A DNA stretch of 64,000 nucleotides from an uncultured Bacteriovoracaceae bacterium (GTDB lineage: Bacteria > Bdellovibrionota > Bacteriovoracia > Bacteriovoracales > Bacteriovoracaceae): contig CAYNPO010000014.1 of NCBI GenBank assembly GCA_964399165.1, positions 12,147 through 76,146 of the forward strand. The letters run 5' to 3'. The notes beneath the pieces were generated by a model, which had not been told where the DNA came from, did not search any database, and saw only the letters and a list, made by a program, of their open reading frames with translations. This document shows positions 27,669 to 36,840 of this stretch, in pieces. Position numbers and translations under genes: made by a program. How positions within the stretch are numbered: the stretch's first letter is position 1; each line of letters opens with the position of its first letter.

Positions 27669-29531
27669 ATGTGCGGCATAGCCGGGTTTCTTCACCTCGA
27701 CGGCAAACCCGCCTCTATGACGGTGATAAAGGGTATGACGGACGCTATCCGTCATCGCGGGCCCGATGGAGAGGGTCACCATGTGGATGGGGCTCTCGCC
27801 CTGGGCCACCGTCGGCTGGCCATTCTTGACCTCTCACCCGCCGGGCGTCAGCCCATGGGGCTACAAGAAGGCCGCTACACAATCACCTACAACGGTGAAG
27901 TCTATAACTTTAAAGAACTGCGACACCAATTGGGATTGTTGGGGCATCGCTTCGCGTCCGACACCGACACCGAAGTAGTACTCCACGCCTACCAAGAGTG
28001 GGGCCCCGGGTGCGTGGACCGTTTCAATGGCATGTTCGCCTTTGCGCTATGGGACCGGGTGGACCGCTCCCTTTTCCTGGCGCGCGACAGGTACGGTGTC
28101 AAACCCCTCTACTACGTGTGGGCCGGCGATGCGTTCCTTTTCGCATCTGAGAGTAAAGCCTTCAATGCCTTTCCCGGATTCCGCCCAACATTGGATAAGC
28201 GTGGTCTGCTTGAGTACATGACTTTCCAGAATTTCTTCACCGACCGCACGTTAACTGAAGGCGTGCGTATGTTCCCAGCGGGACACACCGCATTTCTTCG
28301 ACATGGCTGCCGCGAGTTGAGTTGGAACCAGTACTGGGACTTTCACTTTGAGGAACCCACCGGCAAAATCATGACGGAAGGAGAGTATGCCGAGGAGCTG
28401 GACCACCTGATCCAGCAAGCCGTGCGCCGGCAACTGGTCTCCGACGTAGAGATCGGTTCCTATCTGAGCGGGGGTATGGACTCAGGGTCTATCACGGCAC
28501 TGGCCGCAAGGCAGTTGCCCTACATCAAGACTTTCACAGTGGGTTTTGACCTCAGCTCCGCCTCGGGCATGGAACTCGTTTACGACGAGCGCACCAAGGC
28601 TGAGCAGATGTCCTACTTGTTCAAGACCGAGCATTATGAAATGGTGCTTAAGTCCGGGGACATGGAGCGCTGCCTCCCCGCCCTTGCGCACCACCTGGAG
28701 GAGCCAAGGGTCGGTCAAAGCTATCCCAACTTCTATGCCTCAAAGCTCGCAAGCAAGTTCACAAAAGTGGTGCTTTCAGGTTGCGGGGGAGACGAGGTAT
28801 TCGGTGGCTATCCCTGGCGTTACTACCGTTCTATGGGGTCCAAGGATTTTGAATCTTATGTAGATGACTACTATCAGTATTGGCAGCGTTTGATTCCCAA
28901 TCACGTGATTCAGGAAGTCTTTGCACCCATATGGGGGGACGTAAAAGATGTCTGGACCCACGATATTTTCCGGGACGTCTATAAGAACCATGCCAACCGG
29001 CTGGAGCGGCCGGAAGACTACATAAACCACTCCCTATACTTCGAGGCCAAGACTTTCCTCCATGGACTTTTAGTGGTGGAAGACAAGCTTAGCATGGCGC
29101 ACTCGCTCGAGACTCGCGTGCCCTTCCTAGACAATGATCTGGTGGATTTCGGGATGAAGGTTCCGGTGGGAATGAAACTCAACAGCCTTATGGGTTCCGA
29201 GCGGATCAACGAGAATGAGTACGGGAAAATGCGTAAATTTGAGATGCGCACGAATGATGGAAAGCAAATCCTCCGCAAAGTCATGCAGTCCTACATCCCC
29301 CCGGAAGTCACTGGCCGAGAGAAGCAGGGATTCAGCGCCCCTGATGCCAGCTGGTTCAAGGGGGACAGCATATCTTACGTCAGACGGAAGTTGCTGGATG
29401 GAAATGCCTTGGACCATCTATTCGGGCCGAAGATCAAAGACTTGGTTCGCGAGCACGTGGAAGGTAAGATGAACCGCCGACTGCTGGTGTGGTCTTTGTT
29501 AAATTTGGCTGAGATCGTTGAAAATGGGTGA
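27669..29531 (+). CDS. Asparagine synthase-family glutamine amidotransferase (AsnB/WbpS/PseA-like)
   Basis: N-terminal nucleophile MCGIAG. PP-loop YLSGGMDSGS. 620 aa. Confidence 0.9.
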   Translation: MCGIAGFLHLDGKPASMTVIKGMTDAIRHRGPDGEGHHVDGALALGHRRLAILDLSPAGRQPMGLQEGRYTITYNGEVYNFKELRHQLGLLGHRFASDTDTEVVLHAYQEWGPGCVDRFNGMFAFALWDRVDRSLFLARDRYGVKPLYYVWAGDAFLFASESKAFNAFPGFRPTLDKRGLLEYMTFQNFFTDRTLTEGVRMFPAGHTAFLRHGCRELSWNQYWDFHFEEPTGKIMTEGEYAEELDHLIQQAVRRQLVSDVEIGSYLSGGMDSGSITALAARQLPYIKTFTVGFDLSSASGMELVYDERTKAEQMSYLFKTEHYEMVLKSGDMERCLPALAHHLEEPRVGQSYPNFYASKLASKFTKVVLSGCGGDEVFGGYPWRYYRSMGSKDFESYVDDYYQYWQRLIPNHVIQEVFAPIWGDVKDVWTHDIFRDVYKNHANRLERPEDYINHSLYFEAKTFLHGLLVVEDKLSMAHSLETRVPFLDNDLVDFGMKVPVGMKLNSLMGSERINENEYGKMRKFEMRTNDGKQILRKVMQSYIPPEVTGREKQGFSAPDASWFKGDSISYVRRKLLDGNALDHLFGPKIKDLVREHVEGKMNRRLLVWSLLNLAEIVENG

Positions 29532-30558
29532 TCTTACGATCTCCCTGTCGACCGCCTCGGATGCGAGCGACATAGATGCTTATCTTGAATCCCATCCGGC
29601 GGCCCTCTTCAACTACAGCCGTCCTTACCGTGAGCTGGTGGCCAGTTTTCTGCGGACCGACTCCGGGTGTTTAATCGCGCGGGACTTAACTGGGATCCGG
29701 GGAATCTTCCCCTATGCCATAGCCTCCACGCCCCGTGGAAAAGTGGTGAACGCCTTTCCCTATTATGGAAGCCACGGGGCGCCATTGGTTTCTGACCCAA
29801 TGGCGGAGAAGGCCCTTTGGGAGAAATTCGCGGGCCTGGTCCATCACGACGAGCTGGTTAGCCAAGTGGTTATAACCAACCCCTTGGACCGGGATGGTGT
29901 TTTGCCGGCTTCCCTGCAGAGCTTGACCGGCGAACGCGTGGACGACCGCTTGGGACAGTGGACACCACTTGCGGGTTCATCGAGCGAAGATGAACTCATG
30001 TCCCGGTTTCACGTGAAAACCCGTAACGCCGTAAGAAAGGGTCTCAAAGGTGAATTCCGCATTTTCCAAGATCATGCGCGGCTGGATCAGCTTCACGCCA
30101 TCCATGATCAGAACATGCAAGCGATCGGCGGGAAGGCGAAGCCCTGGGAGTTCTTCCGCAAGGTCCCCGAGCACTTTGTCGCCGGTAAAACCTACCAGTT
30201 GTGGGTGGCCGAGAAAGCGGGCGTCACGGCGGCTGCGTGCTTGCTTTTCCGTTTCAAGGATCACCTGGAATACTTTACGCCCGTTGTGAGGGAGGAATTC
30301 CGAGAGGAACAGGCACTTTCGGCTCTGATCTTCCAGGCAATGCTTGTGGGCGTTTCCGATGGGATTCGTCACTGGAACTGGGGCGGAACCTGGCGCAGTC
30401 AGGAAGGAGTCTATCGCTTTAAATCCCGATGGGGGGCGGTGGACCGTCCGTATGGTTACCACATACGGCAAGGGCCTGGGTTGCGGGGATTAGGCTTGGC
30501 AGAGGCCCAGTCAGCCTATCCAGGATTCTACGTAGCACCTTACTCGACATTGAAATGA
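29524..30558 (+). CDS. FemAB-like / GNAT-fold acyl(aminoacyl)transferase
   Basis: ATG at 29524 overlaps the asnB-like stop by 8 nt (the track start is TTG at 29518). HVKTRNAVRKGLKGEF and GVYRFKSRWGA resemble the FemAB/BioF2-like family. Confidence 0.6.
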   Translation: MGDLTISLSTASDASDIDAYLESHPAALFNYSRPYRELVASFLRTDSGCLIARDLTGIRGIFPYAIASTPRGKVVNAFPYYGSHGAPLVSDPMAEKALWEKFAGLVHHDELVSQVVITNPLDRDGVLPASLQSLTGERVDDRLGQWTPLAGSSSEDELMSRFHVKTRNAVRKGLKGEFRIFQDHARLDQLHAIHDQNMQAIGGKAKPWEFFRKVPEHFVAGKTYQLWVAEKAGVTAAACLLFRFKDHLEYFTPVVREEFREEQALSALIFQAMLVGVSDGIRHWNWGGTWRSQEGVYRFKSRWGAVDRPYGYHIRQGPGLRGLGLAEAQSAYPGFYVAPYSTLK

Positions 30559-30576
30559 GTTAAAGAGGAGACTGTC

Positions 30577-31743
30577 ATGGCATTCATGAGTCGTATTTTC
30601 TGCGCGCTAATCCTGCTTGGAGGAAAGGCTTTGGCCTATCCCCAATTCATAGGCTTCAAGCAAGTGACTTGCATGAACTGCCATTACAATCCCATGGGCA
30701 ACGGCCCCTTGACTGATTATGGCCGAGGTTTCGGAGCCAGTGTCATCTCAAGTCGCGCTTTCGTGGGGAAAAAGATTTCGGACGATGACCTCGTTGCCCG
30801 ATCCCATTTTCCGGGCATCAATCCTACCAAGAACAAGTGGCTACGTCCCATGCTCTCCTATCGCGGCTTGGCCCACCGAAGTAACGCGTTTAGCGCCAAG
30901 GGAAACCCTGATCCAAGGAACTCGTGGACGAACATGTTGCAAGAAGCCAATGTCGTCTTGAAGGGGGGAGAGCGCGACGAGTATGTCGCCAGTTTTACCT
31001 ATGGATGGCGTCCTATGGAGGAGCACAGGCCTGACACCAATAACTTAATGGAGACCTACGGATTTACCAGAGAACACTTCATAGGTTGGAAGCCGACAAA
31101 GACCACTGGAATCTATGCTGGGAAACTAGACAAGGTTTTCGGGCTCCGCATCCCTGATCATGTGGCATACTCCAGGATCGTTCCGCGCATTAACGTTTTT
31201 ACTGGCGTCCACGGTGTCATGGCCCACGCAGTGGGAGAGAAGGTGGAAGGGGCTGTGCATGCCTTCGTGGGAGATCTACACCAAGAGAGCGACCTGCGTG
31301 AGAAAGGAGTTTCCGGCATGTTCGAGGCCACCGTGGCTGAGCGTTCCCGCTTGGGCGCGTCCTACATGCAAACAAAGACTGACACCTTGGATAACATCTA
31401 TTTCGCCGTTCATAACCGCACTGGTTTTGGACAAGGGCACAGTGTGATGGCGGAAGTCGGGCATAACGGCCAGAAACACGGGGCCAAGGACAAGCCCCAA
31501 TGGGGACTTGTGCAAGGTCACTTTATGCTGGATCGCGGCTTTTTCGTTATGGGCAACCTGGAATACATGACGGATGGAAAGAAGACGCAAACCGACCAAA
31601 TGCGGTTGGGTCCGGCGGTGCAGTGGTACCCTTGGGTCGGAGTTGAGACGCGCGTTGACCTATGGAACACTCGCTATACGGCTAATTCCATGGGCCGGAA
31701 GGATTTCTGGGATATTCTGGCCCAGGTTCACTTCTGGCTCTAG
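30577..31743 (+). CDS. Predicted outer-membrane beta-barrel protein with N-terminal CxxCH motif
   Basis: SD AGAGGAG upstream. Signal peptide ...GGKALA|YP. CMNCH at 30670-30684. Alternating amphipathic pattern. Aromatic C-terminus VHFWL. Confidence 0.6.
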   Translation: MAFMSRIFCALILLGGKALAYPQFIGFKQVTCMNCHYNPMGNGPLTDYGRGFGASVISSRAFVGKKISDDDLVARSHFPGINPTKNKWLRPMLSYRGLAHRSNAFSAKGNPDPRNSWTNMLQEANVVLKGGERDEYVASFTYGWRPMEEHRPDTNNLMETYGFTREHFIGWKPTKTTGIYAGKLDKVFGLRIPDHVAYSRIVPRINVFTGVHGVMAHAVGEKVEGAVHAFVGDLHQESDLREKGVSGMFEATVAERSRLGASYMQTKTDTLDNIYFAVHNRTGFGQGHSVMAEVGHNGQKHGAKDKPQWGLVQGHFMLDRGFFVMGNLEYMTDGKKTQTDQMRLGPAVQWYPWVGVETRVDLWNTRYTANSMGRKDFWDILAQVHFWL

Positions 31744-31749
31744 TGGCGC

Positions 31750-32220
31750 TCAGTGGAGGGGGAGTTGGGCTTCCACTGACAGCTCATCCTCCACGCCCAC
31801 GCCCAGGTAGCTCACGTCGGTGATGCCGAGGCTCGAGGCGCGTAGTTTGAAATATGCGTGGATCATGTTCCCCTTCTCCTTAAAGGTGAACAACACAGGG
31901 ACTTCCTTTCCCTTAAGGGTTAGTCGAGCTTTGCCTTTGCCATTTTTACCCTCGGCCTCCATCAGCTGGATCGTGGCATCCTTGCCACCCAGGCGCTTGA
32001 GCATGTGCTCGTTACGGAGCTCAATGCCCGTGTCCAATGTCTCCGCTTTGAGACTCACGTTATGGGCGGTGTAGACGCCATCCTGCTTGGTAATATGGCC
32101 CTTCAGGGCTTCCGATTTCGCATCAAAGCTTCCGGTAGGAGAGAGCTCCACATGGACTGTGACGGGGGCGGCAAGGCACAGAAGGGGAAACATTACCAAT
32201 GTCCAGAGGGTCGTTCGCAT
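31750..32220 (-). CDS. YceI-like periplasmic (polyisoprenoid-binding-fold) protein
   Basis: Signal peptide MRTTLWTLVMFPLLCLAAP. LDTGIELRNEHM motif resembles YceI. Confidence 0.55.
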   Translation of the reverse strand: MRTTLWTLVMFPLLCLAAPVTVHVELSPTGSFDAKSEALKGHITKQDGVYTAHNVSLKAETLDTGIELRNEHMLKRLGGKDATIQLMEAEGKNGKGKARLTLKGKEVPVLFTFKEKGNMIHAYFKLRASSLGITDVSYLGVGVEDELSVEAQLPLH

Positions 32221-32228
32221 GAAACTCC

Positions 32229-33227
32229 TCAGAAGTCGGGATGGAACTTATCAATGAAGGCTTCGACTCGGGATTTGCACCGGTCCTTGAGGGAAGTGAA
32301 GATGCGCAAAGGTGACGTCTCACCGTTAGTCAGGTTTTCCGCCTCCACAACTTCGATCGCCCCGTCGCCAGTCAGTATGATGACGTGGCCCCGCTCTAAG
32401 TCGCGCACCACGACCTTCCCCGGAATTCGGCCCACATAGTTGGAGAAGTCGTAGCGGGGCTTGGCCCGCCACAGGCGGATTTTCTCCCCCTTGAAATAAG
32501 TGAATGCGCCGGGGCAGGGACGGGACTGGGCGCGAATGGCGTCAAAAACTTTCTTTGTAGGCAATGACCAGTCGATTTCGCCGTCTGCCTCGCCCCGGTG
32601 GCAGGAGTATGTCGCCAGTGATTCGTCCTGCGGGACGAATTGGAAATCACCGGATAACAAGTGCTCGGCCAAGTCCATGTTGGCCCTGACATGGAGCTTT
32701 TCAACCTCTTGTAGGATCTCACCGATGTGCGCTTCGGGGGCTATGGGAAAACTGTACTCCAGAATTCTGCCGCTTTTGTCGGCGACCAAGGGGCCGGCGT
32801 CCATTTGGGTGGCCAACTGGAACATAGCCATTTTGTACTCAGCTTCGCCGTTCATGACGTACCAGTATAGACCTGCCCATCCTCTGTAAGCGGGTAGGCC
32901 GCTCCCATGCAGGCTGATGAAACCCAGCTTCGCCGCATGCAAGAAGTCGTCCGGGATGTGGCTGCGCCACAGCCCCAGAGTGAGGACAACATCAGGCCGA
33001 TCTCGTTTAATGCGCTGGCAGATTTCGTCGTCGATGGTCTCCGAGACCACATGAGCGAGGCCATGGGTCTGGGCGAGGTCCACGAGTTGCCGACACGCTT
33101 CATGTTCATCGGGGTGCCCCCGCATGAAGACGGCGTAGAGGGGATCCAGCCGGCCTCGGAAGTGGGTCAGATATTCGCGGAGGAGGGGGACTGCTCGCCA
33201 CCCACCGCCAACCAAATAGACTCTCAT
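32229..33227 (-). CDS. Formyltransferase-fold protein (Fmt/ArnA-N-like, with C-terminal domain)
   Basis: ISLHGSGLPAYRG and MDAGPL motifs. The canonical Asn two residues before the His is Ser here. Confidence 0.7.
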   Translation of the reverse strand: MRVYLVGGGWRAVPLLREYLTHFRGRLDPLYAVFMRGHPDEHEACRQLVDLAQTHGLAHVVSETIDDEICQRIKRDRPDVVLTLGLWRSHIPDDFLHAAKLGFISLHGSGLPAYRGWAGLYWYVMNGEAEYKMAMFQLATQMDAGPLVADKSGRILEYSFPIAPEAHIGEILQEVEKLHVRANMDLAEHLLSGDFQFVPQDESLATYSCHRGEADGEIDWSLPTKKVFDAIRAQSRPCPGAFTYFKGEKIRLWRAKPRYDFSNYVGRIPGKVVVRDLERGHVIILTGDGAIEVVEAENLTNGETSPLRIFTSLKDRCKSRVEAFIDKFHPDF

Positions 33228-34294
33228 GGGGCATCCTCGGGGAAGGGCATGCAGTAGGGATGTCGTAGGGCCGCCGCCATCGCCGCCTCAGGTGCTGTGT
33301 TTTCCTTCCGGGAGCGGGCCATGACCTCACCTACTTTCATACCAGCTGTGAGTAAGGTGAAAGTTGGGCTCGCACCTAGCGCGTCGCCACTCCAGGACAT
33401 GTATCCGACGGGAGCGATGCGTTCGGGAAAGAGGCAAAAACCGCTACTCCTAAGGAGGTCGGCGTCAATGTCCCCGCAGATGTGCGCCAATGGGAGGTGG
33501 GGATTGTGGCGACGGAGGAGCGTGAGAGGAATAAAGGCGTCCTCACCCCCAACTAATTGGCGCTTCTCCCGGTGATCAGCCACTAGCAGAACATCGTGCG
33601 ACTCCAGGAGGCTCCCAAGTTCCTCGTCGCGGGTGAAGGGGAGAATCCTGGTGTAGGGGAGTGAGAGCCGTTTGAATACGTCCTCGATGAAATCTCCCAC
33701 GGGACACCCTCCTACCAGCAGCACGCGGGTGTCGAAAATGGCGAAACCCATGTCAAATAGCATTTTGACAGGGATGAGTCCGGCGCACAGGTGCAGCCGG
33801 ATGTCCTTGTGGCCTTCGTGGGTTCCCAGCACCATGACGCCATGTTGGCGGCAGGCATCTAAGTCCAGCTCTGTGGGCCTCCACTCCCAGGTTTCCCACA
33901 TTAGAGGGATGACCGCCTCGGGCCGCAACTTCTGTATGAAGACGCCGTCGAGTGGACGCAGATGGCCTGTGTTCGTGACAATGTCGGCAAGACCAGCATG
34001 TTCGGATTTTTCCCTGCTGTAGACCAAGCGATCGCTGATGCCGAAGCGCTCGGCCATGGCATGCAGGTTCGCGTAAACCTCAGCCTGGGTGCCGTAGCGT
34101 GAGTCCTTGCAGTAGACATACACCCGCTCTGCCCCAGCAAGGGCGGCGATGATCGGACCATAGGCGTAATTACCGGTGGCGGCCTCGGTCAAAATACTGA
34201 GCCCGGTCAGGTCTAGGCCGAAAGCGCGGATCTTTCCCTGAATAAGGGCATCAATCGCCTGAAAGGTGGGCATACGGCTGGGAGATTCCCGCAT
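33224..34294 (-). CDS. Conserved-looking hypothetical protein with two Rossmann-like segments (no family recognised)
   Basis: 356-codon ORF, ATGA-coupled to the downstream formyltransferase-fold gene. LSILTEAATGNYAYGPIIAALAGAERVYVY and TRVLLVGGCPVGDFIED. Confidence 0.55.
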   Translation of the reverse strand: MRESPSRMPTFQAIDALIQGKIRAFGLDLTGLSILTEAATGNYAYGPIIAALAGAERVYVYCKDSRYGTQAEVYANLHAMAERFGISDRLVYSREKSEHAGLADIVTNTGHLRPLDGVFIQKLRPEAVIPLMWETWEWRPTELDLDACRQHGVMVLGTHEGHKDIRLHLCAGLIPVKMLFDMGFAIFDTRVLLVGGCPVGDFIEDVFKRLSLPYTRILPFTRDEELGSLLESHDVLLVADHREKRQLVGGEDAFIPLTLLRRHNPHLPLAHICGDIDADLLRSSGFCLFPERIAPVGYMSWSGDALGASPTFTLLTAGMKVGEVMARSRKENTAPEAAMAAALRHPYCMPFPEDAP

Positions 34295-34376
34295 TTCGCT
34301 AGGGCTGGCAATCTACACTCTCGGAGAGGCGAGCTTGTTGCGCCGCGCTTAGTTCCCAATTTCCCCTGGGGAAGTT

Positions 34377-35450
34377 ATGATGCCGCCTCTGGGATTCTTA
34401 CACGGGAGTAGAGTGAACGCGCCGGTCATTCCCCATTCATGCCCCTGGACCACGCCACAGGACGGTCAAGTCGCCCAAGCGGCGCTAGAGACCGGGATGC
34501 TGGCCCATGGAGTGAGGGTCCGTAGAATTGAGGAGGACCTAGGCGAGCATTTCCCGGACGCGGATGTGGAGCTCGTTTCTTCCGGAAGCGCGGGACTGGT
34601 GCTCGCACTTCGTTGCGTGGGCGTGGTCGCGGGTGATGAAGTTATCGTCCCCACCTACGTGTGCCGAGACGTGGCCCGCGCGGTAGAGTTCTTGGGGGCA
34701 CAGGCGGTGTTTGCCGACGTGGGCTCGGACTGGTGCCTAGATCCAACTGACGTCCGCCAGCGCATAGGTCCTCGCACTCGCGCTATCGTGGCAGTGCACA
34801 CCTTCGGCATCCTGTCGGACGTGGAGAGCTTGAAGGCGAACGGGTTGCCCGTCGTGGAGGACTGCGCCCATGGTTTTGGCCTGGGCCCCCTCCAGCCATA
34901 TGGTAATCGTGGGGACGTGGCCGTGCTGTCCTTCCAATCCACCAAGTTCTTGTCATCGGGCGAGGGTGGGGCGGTCATTGTCCGCTCCCCGCGTGCCCGC
35001 GCGGCGCTACGCGGTTGGCGTGGGAATGACAATCCCTTCCGTTGCTCCGATTGGACTGCGGCACTCCTCGCCACCCAATTGGGCCGCTTCGAAGAAATCC
35101 ATGCTGCGCGCGTACGACTGTCGGAGAAATTCTTCCAGGCCCTCCCCGCAAAGGTAACGGACCCATTACGCCAAACCACTTCCGTTTTCTTTCGCTTCCC
35201 CCTCACCGTTGAGAATATGGACTTTCCGCGCGCGCAAGCGGCAGGTCTCGCTAGGGGGATCGCGGTCCGTAGGGGTGTAGACGATCTCCTTCACCGGGTG
35301 GCAGGGCACGATGATGCGGGCTATCCGGGCGCCTGTCGCGCCTTCGCGAGTACTCTCTCCTTCCCTTTCTACCCGGCCTTGACTGAATCGCAGCTTGCTC
35401 GTGTACTTGAGGCCGCACCAGGCATTCTCCAGGAGGCGGTAGGTGGGTAG
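34377..35450 (+). CDS. DegT/DnrJ/EryC1-family aminotransferase
   Basis: DEVIVPTYVCRDVARAV, VVEDCAHGFG and SFQSTKFLSSGEGG (PLP Lys). The exact start is uncertain (ATG at 34377 or 34380, or GTG at 34413). Confidence 0.75.
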   Translation: MMPPLGFLHGSRVNAPVIPHSCPWTTPQDGQVAQAALETGMLAHGVRVRRIEEDLGEHFPDADVELVSSGSAGLVLALRCVGVVAGDEVIVPTYVCRDVARAVEFLGAQAVFADVGSDWCLDPTDVRQRIGPRTRAIVAVHTFGILSDVESLKANGLPVVEDCAHGFGLGPLQPYGNRGDVAVLSFQSTKFLSSGEGGAVIVRSPRARAALRGWRGNDNPFRCSDWTAALLATQLGRFEEIHAARVRLSEKFFQALPAKVTDPLRQTTSVFFRFPLTVENMDFPRAQAAGLARGIAVRRGVDDLLHRVAGHDDAGYPGACRAFASTLSFPFYPALTESQLARVLEAAPGILQEAVGG

Positions 35451-36840
35451 CCACGTCATCGTAGGCACTGGGATTACCGGTCTCATAGGCGCCCTTCTCC
35501 TGCGTGAGCGGAATCCCCGCGACCGCATTGTCCTGGTGGAACGCGAAAGCCAGGTGGGTGGCTTGCTGAAGAGCTACCGTTACGAAGGCGGTTTGGTCTT
35601 CGACCACGGGATGCATAACTTTAACCAGGTGGGCATTCCCGAATTGGATCAACTGCTATGGGAACTGCTGGAAGACGATTGGCTGGTGCTGGAAGGCCCT
35701 AAGCGCGACTTGGCTGGCCTATACTTCGACGGACGCCTACAGGAGAACAGCATTTACCCCGACATCCGCCACTTTCCAGTGGCTGAGCGCCAACGTGCGG
35801 TGGATGAGCTCATGTCTATCAGGCGGGAAGGGCGTGCCGCCGACTTTGCGAACGTCTATGCTTATGGGACGACCCACCTAGGTCCGACCTTGCGCGAGCG
35901 TGTGGTGCGGCCCTCACTGGAGAAAATCTTCGGTCATCCCATTGAGAAACTGCATTTTACCGCCGCCACCATCGCACCTATGGAACGCGTGGTTGCCTTT
36001 GATTTGCCGGAGATGCATAAACTCCAGCAGGATCCTTCCCTGCGCACATGTTTGGCCTTCACCGAGCAAACGCAATTGCCTTTACAATTCTCTTCCGGCC
36101 GCAAGAGTTATTACCCGAAGAAATTTGGCACCTGGCGGATCCTGGAGGCCATTGAGGCGCGACTCAAAGCCGCTAAAGTGGATATCATGACTGGCCACAC
36201 AGTGGATGGTTTGGAGATGAGGGACGGACGTCTGTCCAGCCTGCGCATCGTCCCCGTGGCGGGTGGTGCACCCGTCTTGGTAGAGGACCCCGGAACCTTC
36301 CTGTGGACCACCGGTTTCCCCCAGCTTTATAAACTGCTTTTTGGGAAATTCCCTGCGGACAAGCCTGACCCCCTGAGGAAGACCGTACTAGCGAATTTAG
36401 TCCTTAGCCGGCCGTTGGCATGCGGGGAACTCCAGTACTTCCATTGTTATGATCCCGCCTTCCGCACGTTCCGCGTGAACAACTACGCCAATTACTGCCC
36501 GGCCGCCAAGAACCCCCTGGGGTACCCGGTCTGCGTCGAGATGATCGTGGACGAGGCGGAACTCACCAGCGTGGACCTGCTCCAAGTGGCGAAGGACGAG
36601 CTGGGCCGCATGTGCGGCACTCCCCCCGGCGATATCGTGTTCGGGAAACTGGAAGTGCTAAGGGAGGCCTTTCCCATGCCGACGCTGAAGAACCTGGGTA
36701 TCATCGGGGGCATGCGCCACGAGATCAAGGCCCTGGGGCTCGCCAACTTGGTGGTGGCCGGCATCCTGTCTGAGGACAACCTGTTCTTCCAACGGCATGT
36801 GCTGCCGGACCTGCACCGTAAACTCACCGAGGCTACATGA
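35443..36840 (+). CDS. FAD/NAD(P)-binding oxidoreductase (amine-oxidase/protoporphyrinogen-oxidase-like fold)
   Basis: GTG start with an 8-nt overlap. VIVGTGITGLIGALLL...IVLVERESQVGG. Confidence 0.75.
   Translation: MGSHVIVGTGITGLIGALLLRERNPRDRIVLVERESQVGGLLKSYRYEGGLVFDHGMHNFNQVGIPELDQLLWELLEDDWLVLEGPKRDLAGLYFDGRLQENSIYPDIRHFPVAERQRAVDELMSIRREGRAADFANVYAYGTTHLGPTLRERVVRPSLEKIFGHPIEKLHFTAATIAPMERVVAFDLPEMHKLQQDPSLRTCLAFTEQTQLPLQFSSGRKSYYPKKFGTWRILEAIEARLKAAKVDIMTGHTVDGLEMRDGRLSSLRIVPVAGGAPVLVEDPGTFLWTTGFPQLYKLLFGKFPADKPDPLRKTVLANLVLSRPLACGELQYFHCYDPAFRTFRVNNYANYCPAAKNPLGYPVCVEMIVDEAELTSVDLLQVAKDELGRMCGTPPGDIVFGKLEVLREAFPMPTLKNLGIIGGMRHEIKALGLANLVVAGILSEDNLFFQRHVLPDLHRKLTEAT

Noticed and set aside
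27669-30558. The AsnB-like + FemAB-like pair as evidence of an exosortase/PEP-CTERM EPS system
   Set aside because: No exosortase, EpsH/XrtA, PEP-CTERM protein or Wzc/Wza-type genes are visible in the window. The pairing alone is insufficient.
35435-35442. GGCGGTAG, identical to the 8-bp core of the RfaH ops/JUMPStart element of enterobacterial polysaccharide operons
   Set aside because: It lies inside coding sequence, at the DegT/FAD-oxidoreductase overlap, not in a 5' leader. An 8-mer is expected about twice by chance in 64 kb on both strands, and RfaH/ops is a gammaproteobacterial system.
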